Positions 10,745-22,045 of a stretch of 64,000 nucleotides of DNA are shown here, one piece after another. The translations under genes and the position numbers were made by a program. Position 1 is the first letter of the stretch, and every line of letters begins with the position of its first letter. Where the stretch lies: NCBI GenBank assembly GCA_040285825.1, contig JAUPSS010000009.1:372001-436000 (forward strand), given 5' to 3'. The notes below the pieces were generated by a model. The model was not told the origin of the DNA. It saw only the letters and a list, made by a program, of their open reading frames with translations, and did not search any database. This DNA is from Eukaryota sp. TZLM1-RC (Eukaryota > Protista > Metamonada: BaSk clade).

Positions 10745-11435
10745 ATTTATTGAACATGCATACCTAGTTAAATTGATTCATAACTAATGGGACGAATATC
10801 ATTGAACCAAGATTTCATCTACAAACTCTTGATCTGCTTGCTGTCTAGCTAAAGCTTCTCTTATTCGATTGAAAAACCGAGGTAATTTATTAATAATTGC
10901 AAATTGAATCCGAGAGCGCCATAAAAAAATATCAAATGTCTTCATTGTTTTTTCTTGAACCATTTTTTTGAAGTCATTCAAAAAAGTTTCTGCTTCTAAT
11001 AATAGTCTTCCGTTTATCGAAAATGGGAAAACAATAAAAACTAGCTGTGTATTTCTACCAGCATTAGCTTCTTCAATAGGTTTATCATATTTTCTATGTT
11101 TTTCTTTTACTTTAAAATCAAGAGCACTCACAGGATTAAGTTTTCTTCTGTGCACCAAAGTATCATTTGTAACATTACATGAGACAAAGTCAACAACAGC
11201 TTCAGAGTTCTCAATCCAATCACAGTATATATCACCTCTATCATCAGAACCGATAATATTCAATGACAGTGTTTCTTTCAGCAGAGGCTCTTTGATACAC
11301 AATACTCTTACAGTTTGTGCCAAATTGAAAACAGTGTCTCTAACAGCATCATGTAATGAAGAACGATAAGTTATCAATTTCGGACAATTCAGAGCATATC
11401 GCAAAGTGAGTTGAGGTGAATTCGAGCAACTACAG
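10745..11435 (-). mobile_element. 5'-truncated CRE-like non-LTR, subfamily A (CCHC plus restriction-like endonuclease)
   Basis: CSC...ALNC, LHDAVRD, RGDIY, VVDF, KEKHRKY, FPFSINGRL, then stop, 3'UTR and AATAAA. Confidence 0.88.
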
Positions 11436-11439
11436 TGTT

Positions 11440-12495
11440 CCTCACAGCTTCGTTTCAAAGGCGTTTCAATTTTCAATTTGGTATTGTTAAACTTCATGGA
11501 ATGTGATTTTGTTTCAATTGGAGACTCTTCAATTTGAAAGAGTTTATTGTACGAAGTACTTTACTATGGAATTTTTGGTAGTTTTGTGCGACCTTCAGCA
11601 ATAATGTTTATTGTTATCATCGGTTTTTCAGTATTGTTGGCTTTTTTCGACTGAAGATCAATTCTTGGGGTTTTGACATCAATTCAAGGTAAAGCTGAGG
11701 TATTTAATATAACACCTTCTTTTGAATTCTTTAGCAATAATTTCTCAGCTGACCGTAAAATTATTTGAGTCATAAGAAGATTAAGTTTACGTCGCCTCTG
11801 TCTTGCAGATAGATTTGATGGTAAATTTTTATGAATTTTTTGAATATAACATTTTGTTCTGTATTAATTGGTGCAGAAGTTGAATCACTGCTATGTGAAT
11901 GACTACTGTTATGCATAGTTTTGGTTTTTCCAGAATTACCTTTGAGGTAATTTATTTTGCTTTTTCCTGACTGACTAGAAGACACTTGTCTCTCAATTTG
12001 TGGAGGAGGGGTTGATTTTACTGTTGACTTCCTGTTTTTCGGCCGACCATCACCACTAATGAATTGATGTGGATATAATGTTAATATTGCACAATATATA
12101 TTTTTTCTTAGTTCTGTAGCATTTACACCGACAGTGAGTTCAGGCCCTCATCAAAGACAATTATGTTTTCACATCAAAAAGAATATTCTGAATATAATGC
12201 AGCACGTCTCTGAAATTTTTTCCGATCAAATGTTCAAAAGGATTGGAGATGATCATTGATTGCATACCTGCAAGGCTAGTGTAAACAACACTGGTATCCA
12301 AGTTATTATAATTACTCAATAGTTGTTCAGCCCATAGATTCATCACAACATCAGTAATCCATGTTCCTGGCTTGAGACTGTCGAAATCAGCAGAATATAT
12401 GTTGATAGGACCAGGGTTAGATTCAACGTCTTGATTCATCGTTAAATCAACAGAAAAAGGGTTTGTTGATATAAGATGTTGGAAGCTACTGGGTT
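11440..12495 (-). mobile_element. Degenerate polyprotein repeat: 2A-like peptide, Ulp1-like protease start, AT-hook-like motif and K/S-rich region
   Basis: DLTMNQDVESNPGP (DVESNPGP at 12407-12430) is followed by DFDSLKPGTWITDVVMN and later GRPKNRK. A second partial copy lies at 4690-5170. Confidence 0.65.
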
Positions 12496-13149
12496 AAACT
12501 AATAAAATTGTAAACATAATCATCAAATTAAACATCATCAAAATAACAATAATCTAAAACAAAACACAATCAAAAAATACATCCCATATCTTAAATGATC
12601 ATAACCATGGCAGGCACCCGTATCATCACTCTCATAATGACTTAAAAAACTGCAAATACTCTACCCCCACAAAAGGATAAGCACGACGATTCCGTTCAGA
12701 AACCGAGGCTCTGACTCTTCGTTTATTCTTATAATCCAGGACCACTGTTCCAGACTGAGGAGTTCGGAAGAGCGAACTGAGACCGTTACATCGTTATCCT
12801 GTTTCTCGTGTTGCTGCATGATGTTAGAAAAATTTAGGTTGTCAAAATTTCGCTGATAGATGTCTAACATGCTGATTGCTTCTTCACCCTCAGCATCTTT
12901 TGACACTCTTCACAGAACCCTAGTCAGGAAACCTACTCAGAAGACATCATGTTCTAGCATCCCTCTCTCTGACTCCGAAGATACTTCTAGTGATGACTCT
13001 CATTCATCGATGCATTCTGCTTCTCCCTCCTGACCTTTAAAATCACCCAAAATAGCTTCTCCAACATTCAAAACATTGTCAGTCATGATAATTTAATCCT
13101 GACCACTTATCTTCGTTTACACTACCCTCAATATCAATCATGCACCCAT

Positions 13150-13420
13150 GATTGCACAATTCATTTTCTGTTCCGAACAAAGCTTCTCTAGTAACTAGCT
13201 GTGCAAAGAGACATCCTAAAAAAGTATGTCCACTGCATTAGTGTAATTAGTTTTTCCCAGAAGCATCTTGGGTACTGTATACCATAAAGTTGTAACACCA
13301 GGGGTCAATGTTCCAACTACTTCACTGATATTTGCTGAGCCGAAATCAACAAGAACTACAATTACGGGGGTGATAAGAAAATGTTGCTGGGCTCTATTTC
13401 TTCTTCTAAATGTAGAAAAT
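13150..13420 (-). pseudogene. CDK/CMGC-like protein kinase remnant
   Basis: EIEPSNIFL / VVLVDFGSA...TPGVTTLWYTVPKMLLGKTNYTNAVDI / GCLFAQLVTREALF, with frameshifts. Confidence 0.7.
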
Positions 13421-13444
13421 GAAGATTCCTTTTCACAATAATTG

Positions 13445-15765
13445 CCATTTATTCATTTCATAAGGAATATGAAAACTTGACAAACACAACTAAAACTCCA
13501 CATCCTCAAAACCTGTCTCCCCTACATCAAAACAATTAATTGCCAAATATTCAAAAAAAATTCCCAACCAAGAGTGAATCAGAAATTAGTTTTACCATTC
13601 CCTTAAAAATAGAAAATACAATCCTGTTTTGCCAGTAAACACGATTGAAAATTTTTCCAGTTCTTTCCTTTACAACTACAACGAAATCTTCCAGGAAAGC
13701 CATAGCATCCTTACCTAGAGATCCAAGCAAAGAAAAATCAAAGGAACATAAACTATATTGGGCATGAGAATTATCATTAACTCAGGAAACGTTTTTCGCT
13801 TATTTAGCAATTTTATATTTTTCGCCTGCAAGAAAAGGGTTATTGACATCTGAATTAATGCGATGTTCGTGAGAAGAATTACAAGGATCAATAGACATGG
13901 CGTCTAAAATAGTAAAACTACCATTTAAACTGGGAACAACTAGATCACCTCTTGCCAGACCCATAGAAGCTCTGTTGTAACGCGTACTATCAATATTGGG
14001 GTCATCAAGAATTAATTCGGATAACAACGGCCCTAAAAAGGAATCTATGTAGGTATCTCACTAGTGAGTACCTAAGTATATAGAATAACATTAAATAAAA
14101 TTTTCTTTATCTTAGCTCGCCTTACACACACATCTAACATACAACTAGCATAATGCTTAATGGCAACATCTACTCGATATGTTTTACACATTACATAAAT
14201 TTGGTCCCTGACATTATTATGCACTTTGCTTCTAAATGTAATGAAATGTTTACAGTTCAAAAGATGAGTTAACAAAAGAGGTTTACCTCATTTACAAGTT
14301 AAATGATTGGTGAAATTGTTTGGCCATAGCAAACAACTAAAACGCATGTTTAAAAGCCACTCATTGTTTTTTAACAAAAATTCATGAATAGAGGGAACCT
14401 AAGTTATTAAATCAGCAGCAGAACTATCAAAAGTCCCTAAAGAAGTCTCCAAAAGCGGGATTTACAGTTTTGCAAAATTCAAGTCTTGCTTCATAAACCA
14501 ACCTTGATATAATTTAACCAGATGGTGCTGAAGCTTTTTCAAACAAAAACCTTTATTTGGGAGTAATTTGGGAGTGATCGGTTGGGAATTTCTTGAACAT
14601 TTTGAGGAAAACACTGAATCCAGAGATCACTGGGCAAATTATCTAATTCAAATTAAAATTGATTTAATAAAAATTTGATTCACCATGGATCAGATGAACA
14701 TCATAAGGAAACCTTTGGAAAAATTCAAAAATTAAATTTTTTCCACCTCGGAATGAAGCTGCTTTACATAAAAGCAAAGATTTAGTGAATCCAATTCCAC
14801 CTAAATCTGCAGAACAAAATACATGACTTCGAATTAACGATTCATTTACTTCCATTAAAGAAGAAAAAAAGTTGACCCTTAGTTTGTTGAAAGATCTACA
14901 AAACTCAAGAGATATTGAAGGGGGAGTTGACCTAAAAATATGAGTGAATTTTCCAGAATAACAAATTTTTAAAATAAAAAATTTGATATGTTTTTCATTG
15001 TCACATTCAGCAATAAAACCAAGATATTTGTCAAAATTCTCCAATAAATTGTTCAACTGGGAACATATTTCATCCAAATTACCTAGCTAACATCCAAGAA
15101 ACTTGAACGCTTGTTGTTCATAATTAATAAAGGGAATTTGAGCACCATCAATCAATAAAGATTGTTTTGTTCTTCCAATTAAGAGACATTTAGTTCGATT
15201 CAAGGCAAATCCAATGTCTTTGTATTTCGCAACAATGCCTTTAGAAACCCTACAAATATACTACTAAGAACCAATAATAGAAATGTCATCCATATAAGCA
15301 ACCATACGCAATTCAGCGAATTCTTTCTGGGTCATTTCAATAGTATTATGGATGGCCAAACAAATAAGCAATGGACCAAGAGATCATTTTGTTTTACACC
15401 AGAAGAAGATTCAACGGTAAAGCTGTCAAAATCAAATCGGACTTTTTTCCATACAATAAATAAAAATATGCTGAAAGTTCTGGAAATTCTTGAAGAAAGA
15501 CATCATAAATACAGTTACGCTTTACCGAGTTGAAAACATTTTTAAGACTCAAATTGAAAATATATTGATGTTGCTGACTATTGAAAAAAAACATCTGATG
15601 TCATTGAAGCAACAGAAGCACATTCAACAGTTTAAATACCAAATTGGAAAGGCTTCAAATAGTGCCTTGCTTTAGTAGAAATTCTGATAAAAATAAGCGA
15701 AGAAAGCAATCTGGTTAAACACTCTCCAATAGCAATTGGTCTAACTTCATCAAGTTTTTGTATTT
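13445..15765 (-). mobile_element. CRE-like non-LTR retrotransposon, subfamily D, degenerate RT plus RLE
   Basis: EVRPIAIGE (~15730), GVKQ..LGPLL (~15370), AYMDD (~15290), LGGIG, HLLNC...VHNNVRD, RGDL, LDAMS; ends FEDVEF* plus a polyA signal. Confidence 0.9.
14048..14168 (+). mobile_element. 121-bp solo LTR nested in the non-LTR element
   Basis: TGTAG...GGCAACA termini; 4-bp TSD TCTA (14044-47 and 14169-72); internal TATA-like and AATAAA motifs; removing it restores the host element sequence. Confidence 0.85.
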
Positions 15766-15827
15766 AGCATTCTTTTACAATATATAGAATAGTGGAGTAG
15801 ATCATATGTTTTTCAATATAGAATACA

Positions 15828-16949
15828 ATGTTTGACCTAGCATTTTTAGCTGAAGCCTCACTTCCTCCTGTGTTCTGCATACTTATAGGGGTCGTCTCGG
15901 CTAAAGTCAACCTTATTTCGGAAACATCTGTTCCTGTTCTTACAAAGTTTATCTTCAAACTATGTATGACATCATTGCTGTTCGAGAAAATGTCAACTCT
16001 GACGTACAGTCCTGAAATGTCCGTTTTTGTAGTAGGTGCATTTCTTTACAGAGTGATATCGTTTGTTGTCAGTCTTGCTATATGCTTTGCTATGAAATTA
16101 AGCGGTTTTAAAGTTCCTCTACGAATCAATCTTTATGCAGTGTTTGCTTGTATAACATTCACCAATGCCATTGTCTTGGGTGTTCCTCTTGTAGCCGAAC
16201 TGTTAGAAACCGGAGAACTTTATAACGATGGGGATCTCGTTAAATACATCATGATTTCAGGATCAATGGACAATCTAATTCAATTGTTTCTCTCATGCAT
16301 TTGTTTGTCTGACGATGTCTCGCTAAAAGGTATAATGACCGCTCCGTTTAAATCTCAACCAATGTGGGGGATTCTTTTGGGTTTGCTTATGTTTTTCCTT
16401 GGCATCCCACTTCACCCAATCATAGATAACACTTTAAACTACCTCTCAGCCGCTGTTAAGGGTGGTTCTCACTTTGTTTGTGGGCTTGTTTTTTATCAGA
16501 TTCATCGCCATGATCATCACGAAACTAAACCCATTAACGTTGAAGAGAATGCTGAATTATTACTCGATCATCCTCCTGACGAAGCGGAATCTTCCAAAAA
16601 ACTTACAAAGGTCAACGCCACAGACCTATTCTCTGATGTAGTGGATGTACACAATTTAACCATTGAAAATCCTCTTGGTCTTGGCTATGTTTTTCTCTTA
16701 TTCTTCTGCAAACTATGTATTGGACCTTTTATTATGTGGGTTACCTCTTATTACATATTTGAATTTGACGAAGGGCAGAAGTTGTTGGCGATGTTTATAG
16801 CATGTCTGCCTCCAAGTCTTTCTGCTTTTATTATTGCCCAAAACTCGAATAAGGGTGTTGCTGCACTCAATAGAGTTGTTACTCTTACTACATTTCTTTT
16901 GACTCCATCACTTTTCATTTATGGCCACATTTTTAAGTGGGATTTCTAA
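15828..16949 (+). CDS. AEC family (PIN-like/GPR155-N-like) membrane carrier, paralog 1
   Basis: About 10 TM segments in a 5+5 arrangement; FTNAIVLGVPL and ACLPPS crossover motifs; His-rich central loop. Confidence 0.85.
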   Translation: MFDLAFLAEASLPPVFCILIGVVSAKVNLISETSVPVLTKFIFKLCMTSLLFEKMSTLTYSPEMSVFVVGAFLYRVISFVVSLAICFAMKLSGFKVPLRINLYAVFACITFTNAIVLGVPLVAELLETGELYNDGDLVKYIMISGSMDNLIQLFLSCICLSDDVSLKGIMTAPFKSQPMWGILLGLLMFFLGIPLHPIIDNTLNYLSAAVKGGSHFVCGLVFYQIHRHDHHETKPINVEENAELLLDHPPDEAESSKKLTKVNATDLFSDVVDVHNLTIENPLGLGYVFLLFFCKLCIGPFIMWVTSYYIFEFDEGQKLLAMFIACLPPSLSAFIIAQNSNKGVAALNRVVTLTTFLLTPSLFIYGHIFKWDF

Positions 16950-17875
16950 CCTCGGTTGGTCATAACGTCTAACTCAAAATTCAGAATTTAAACAACACAT
17001 ATAAGGTAGTTTAAATTTCAAAGCCACAAATCAACAATTGAAGCATAAATTTTCATGCTAGAGCATTGAATGATTAATATTTTCCTTGGAAAGCCAAAGT
17101 TTATTTATTTAATATCGGTAGAAAGATAAACATTATTTTTTCATCAAATACAGCAATTTAGTCAATTAGCAAGGTCAATTTGCAGAAAGATAATAAGTAT
17201 GCGTGTATCAGTGGTCGAGTACCTACAAGGCTCACACCGAGCCAGCTTTATATACATATATGGGGAGCAGTGTTTCATCTGTCAAATAATTGATCTTTGT
17301 CCATTCGATCATTTACCCAATTCTAGTTGTGTCCACTACAGAAAACCAGTGTGGGCAATCTTGCTTGCACGACTCAACAAAACTGGTCCAAACAAAGATA
17401 TTTATGATATTTTGTTCTACCGTCAACGTGATGTGACAGTCCAAACGTTGACGGCATCACGACGGGTCATTCAACAATCTCATCCAAATATTTGAGAATA
17501 TAAATAATCATTAATAATAAAAATTTATTTCAATATATCAAAAGCTAAACTACACCGACAATTCATCATCTACTGTAAAGACCTAAATAAACGCAGTATA
17601 TTTCCTGATCTTGTGTTAGGGTCTGTTTGTATTAACAACTTCTTGTAAAATGACATAAGCCGATGATTCTAACCATAACTTTAAATAACAACTTTTCTTT
17701 CTGAAAGTCTAGGCAGGCGAATTCCAAAATTACAATACTAACAGCAGTAATCAATTATGTAATTCCATTATTTAGCTGATTAATTTTGTGTCAATACCAA
17801 ATTTTAGCAGCGCTTACTGCAATTCCAATCATATAGGAATACAAGATTAAAGCTGACACTACAAAAATTCCTGTA

Positions 17876-18477
17876 GAATTGTTTCCTGTTTAGAACCATT
17901 ACTTTCCCGTTTGGTTGATGAAGATACTTTGAATTCGTTTGGTCGAAATAGAGGTTTAATGGATTTAATGCTTGAAGGTCTTGAAGGTACTACCATTATT
18001 GCAGATGTGAGATCGATCCACTGATGTCTGTAATGATTCTTCTATTCCAATGGCTCAATCAAAATATAGGAACCCCTTAACTGTTTCCGAAAAAGCCAAA
18101 ATTGACAAATACAAAGCACAATTGTTATCCTTGAATGCAGAATCGCATACTGATTATGTCTTCTGTCCATTTGCAGTTTCCCTTCATGGCACGCTTGGAC
18201 CTCTTGCTTTGTCTTTTCTGGAGAATTTTGTTGAAATTGTGAAACAACGTACTGGAAGAGATTTTGACAAGAGTTTTTGGCAAAACAGAATTGTATTTTC
18301 AATTTTCAAAGGTGTTGTTCCCTTATTATCTTCAGCCTTGTTATCTCTTGGTCGCGTTTATGAAAGAAAAACCTCCCGTCAATTCTTTTTGGCTGATTTG
18401 GGTTATGAAGACATAGAATTTTAACCTTGTCATGTATTTTTTTATTGGAATAAATATTAAAATATTTTTTTAAAAAA
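17876..18477 (+). mobile_element. 5'-truncated CRE-like non-LTR, subfamily B, with a 22-bp TSD
   Basis: RLE C-terminus ending EDIEF*, AATAAA and an A6 tail; flanked by TGACACTACAAAAATTCCTGTA at 17854-17875 and 18478-18499. Confidence 0.92.
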
Positions 18478-18628
18478 TGACACTACAAAAATTCCTGTAA
18501 GACCAATTTTTGCATACTGAATTTAAGTTCGATTAATTCTTGTTTTAATGCTTGCAAAATGGAAAAACAAATTAATTCCTTGATTTGTGTAGTGTTGCTC
18601 AATAATCAAATTGATTGATGTTTGCACC

Positions 18629-19750
18629 ATGTTCAACCTGTCTTTTTTAGCTACAGCCTCTCTTCCTCCTGTGTTCTGCATACTTATAGGGGTTGTCTCA
18701 GCTAAAGTCAACCTAATTTCGGAAACATCTGTTCCTGTTCTTACAAAGTTTATCTTTAAACTATGTATGACATCATTGCTGTTCGAGAAAATGGCAACTC
18801 TCACGTACAGTCATGAAATGTCCGTTTTCGTGGTATGTGTTTTTCTTTACAGAGTGATATCGTTTGCTGTTAGTCTTGCTATATGCTGTGCTATGAAATT
18901 AAGCGGTTTCAAAGTCCCTCTTCGAATCAATCTTTATGCAGTGTTTGCTTGTGTAACTTTCACCAACTCCATTGTTCTGGGTGTGCCACTCGTAGCCGAA
19001 TTGTTAGAAACTGGGGATCTTTACAACGCTGGAGATCTGGTTATATATGCCATGATTTCAGGATCAATGGACTATATACTTCAATTGTTTCTCTCATGTA
19101 TATGTTTGTCTGACGATGTCTCGCTGAAAGGTATAATGACCGCTCCGTTCAAAGCTCCACCAATGTGGGGGATTCTCGGTGGTTTGCTCTTGTTTTTCCT
19201 TGGTATCCCACTTCACCCAATCATAGATAACACTTTAAAGTATCTTTCAGCCGCTGTCAAAGGAGGTTCTCACTTTGTTTGTGGGCTTGTTTTCTATCAG
19301 ATCCATCATCACGAAGAACATGAAGCTAAACCCATCAATGTTGAAGAAAGTGCCCCATTATTACTTGATCATCCTCCTGACCAAGGGGAATCTACCAGAA
19401 AGCAAACAAAGACCAAGACGTCAGACGTTTTCTCAAAGATATTAGATGTACACAATTTAACCATTGAAAATCCTCTTGGTCTTGGCTATGTTTTTCTCTT
19501 ATTCTTCTGCAAACTATGTATTGGACCTTTCATTATGTGGGTTACCTCTTATTACATATTTGAACTTGACGAAGGGCAGAAGTTGTTGGCGATGTTTATA
19601 GCATGTCTGCCTCCAAGTCTTTCTGCTTTTATTATTGCCCAAAACTCGAATAAGGGTGTTGCTGCACTCAATAGAGTTGTTACTCTTACTACATTTCTTT
19701 TGACTCCATTACTGTTTATGTATGGCCACATTTTTAAGTGGGATTTCTAA
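18629..19750 (+). CDS. AEC family membrane carrier, paralog 2
   Basis: The ATG at 18629 gives 373 aa, the same length as paralog 1 and highly similar to it. Confidence 0.85.
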   Translation: MFNLSFLATASLPPVFCILIGVVSAKVNLISETSVPVLTKFIFKLCMTSLLFEKMATLTYSHEMSVFVVCVFLYRVISFAVSLAICCAMKLSGFKVPLRINLYAVFACVTFTNSIVLGVPLVAELLETGDLYNAGDLVIYAMISGSMDYILQLFLSCICLSDDVSLKGIMTAPFKAPPMWGILGGLLLFFLGIPLHPIIDNTLKYLSAAVKGGSHFVCGLVFYQIHHHEEHEAKPINVEESAPLLLDHPPDQGESTRKQTKTKTSDVFSKILDVHNLTIENPLGLGYVFLLFFCKLCIGPFIMWVTSYYIFELDEGQKLLAMFIACLPPSLSAFIIAQNSNKGVAALNRVVTLTTFLLTPLLFMYGHIFKWDF

Positions 19751-20234
19751 TGCTGACTAGTTGTTAGCTGTTTTACATCCTGTGTTTTTGATTTCAATGT
19801 TCTTGCTGTGTTTTTATTTAGACTTTGATTTACTTTATTTCTTGCCGATGTTTTCTTTAGCTTTGTTGTTATACTCATTTCAGTTAGTTTTCTCGCATAC
19901 AATTTATTATTCACTTTTTTATATAAAATCAATAATTAAATCAAAGTATTTTTGAAACAATAAATCATTTCAACAATAAGGTAAACTAGCTTTAAATCAT
20001 TTTCGGACAGGAAGGTGAATTGAACACCACCAACAGAGTTGGTACGAAAAGTATAGAACTTAGTCAATGATCATCAAGATAATATCTTGTACGCTATAAC
20101 ATAGTTGTTGTTGACTAGGTTATATTTTAGAAAATTATCAATCGTCTTCTTCAAAGAATTTAGCTTTAAATTCAATGGGTTTTCATATACTAAAATTTTA
20201 TCAAACCAAAAATTAAATATCTTTTGAACACCCA

Positions 20235-20498
20235 TCACAATTACTAAAGCAACACATTGCACTTCTCTCAAATTCTACACCAAAGCTAAAAGATCGATGA
20301 AAACATTGTTGGAATAGACTTAGAAGTGCAAAAAACAATTCTAGTTCCAAAAAGTAGAGTATAATTTATTTTTTTGAGATCTACTTTGCAAACTATTTCA
20401 AAGTTTTCGAAGAAATGCATTTTGAACCCCAATATTGCCAAAAAAAGAATTACCCAAAAGCAAAAATTGATATTTTATATCTTGTTCAACCAAATTGT
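20235..20498 (-). mobile_element. Subfamily-F RLE 3' fragment; its 5' continuation lies at ~22046-22175
   Basis: Homologous to 50360-50590; interrupted by the subfamily-C copy. Confidence 0.65.
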
Positions 20499-20499
20499 T

Positions 20500-22045
20500 T
20501 GTTTGTATTATTAATTTTATTAAAAACCTATAAATAAACATCTAAATAATCCATCTCTCCCAAAAGACAAACACTAGATGTTACTCTCTCATGGTGAGAT
20601 CCAAGAGAAAGCAAAGCATCAGAAACCATCCTCAACATCCCCTTAAAAATAGAAAACACAATTCTATTTTGCCAAAACAATCTGTTGAAATTTTTGTTAG
20701 TTCTTCTCTTTACAATCATTTCAAAATCATCCAAGAAACGTAAAGCAGTTGGTGCAAGTGAACCAAAAAGGGAAAACACAAATGGATACAAATTGTATTT
20801 TGCATGCTGTGAACTGGCCAATTTGGACAAAGGTCCATTGTATTTTTTGAATTTGAAATTTTCAGCATTTAAAAGGGGTTTATGAATTTCAGAATTAACT
20901 AGCCTTTCATTTGAGGCATTACAAAGATCAACAGACATTATATCCAATAAAGTGAAGCTTCCATCTAATCCAGGTGATATGACATCACCTCTATTATTCT
21001 TATGAAAATCATCTTCAGTATCAAACAGATTTGACAACAGAGGTTCCAAAAAGCATTCAATTCTATGAGACTTACACATACAATATAATTGGTCTCGTAC
21101 AGCATCATGAACCTTGCTTCTACAAGTAATAAAACGTTTACAATTTAACAAATGAGTAACTGTAATTTTTCGAGAACATTTTCAAATTAAATCATGAGGT
21201 AAATTATCAGGCCAGATAAAGGAACGAAATCTCATATTCAAAGTCCAAGCCGAATCAGTTAAGAGAGTACCATAAACTTGAGGAATTGTTGTTACTAAGG
21301 CAGAAGAAGTACTATCACACATATCTTGCAAAAGATTTGTAGAAGCGAAATTCTGTTTCTTGACCAAGCCAAGTCTAACATCAAAATCCAAACTTTCAAA
21401 ATAATCTTTGACAATTTTTGTTGAAGTTTTCGACAGCAAAAATACAAAATAAAAACAGATCGGTTTGGAATTTCTTGAATTGATTAGGGAAAACATTTGG
21501 TCCAATTTTGTGGCGGCAATCTATCAAGTTCACAAGATAACTCATTCAAAAATGGATTGCAATTGGGAACTAACAGATGAGAATCATCAGGAAATCTACG
21601 AGAAAATTCATAAATAAAATTCTTGTCTCCACCCAAGAAAGCTGATTGACACAAAATACAAAATTTAGTAAATGCGATACCAGCCAAATTTGCCGAAGAA
21701 AATAGGTGATTTTTCACCATTCCTGGTTCTACATCCAATAAATCAGCAAAAAAATCTGTTCTCAATGAATTAAAGGAACGACAAAAATCTAATGCTATGA
21801 AAGAAGCACAAGATCTCAAAATGTGGGTTATTCTCCCAGTGTAGCAAATTTTAAGCATGAAAAATTTAAAATGTTTTTCTAGATCTAAAGAAGAAATTTA
21901 ATCAAGTTCAATTTTCATTTTCTCCAAAATAACTGGTAATTCATTCTGATTTTGAGGCACGTTTCCTAACCAACAACCAGGGAACTAAAAAGCATCACTA
22001 CTATAATTAGTAAAAGGGACAACAGAATCGTTTATCACAAGTTTA
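20500..22045 (-). mobile_element. CRE-like non-LTR, subfamily C (RT C-terminus plus RLE), frameshifted
   Basis: GCWLG, LAGIAF, HLLNC...VHDAVRD, RGDV, LLDIMS, KFKKY, YPFVFSLFG; ends DYLDVYL*. Confidence 0.88.

Noticed and set aside
17420-17459. 10-bp perfect stem CCGTCAACGT/ACGTTGACGG ending in GGCATCA like the LTR ends
   Set aside because: No matching TG start with a TSD was found, and a single hairpin is not diagnostic. The overlapping 98-aa ORF has no recognisable motif.
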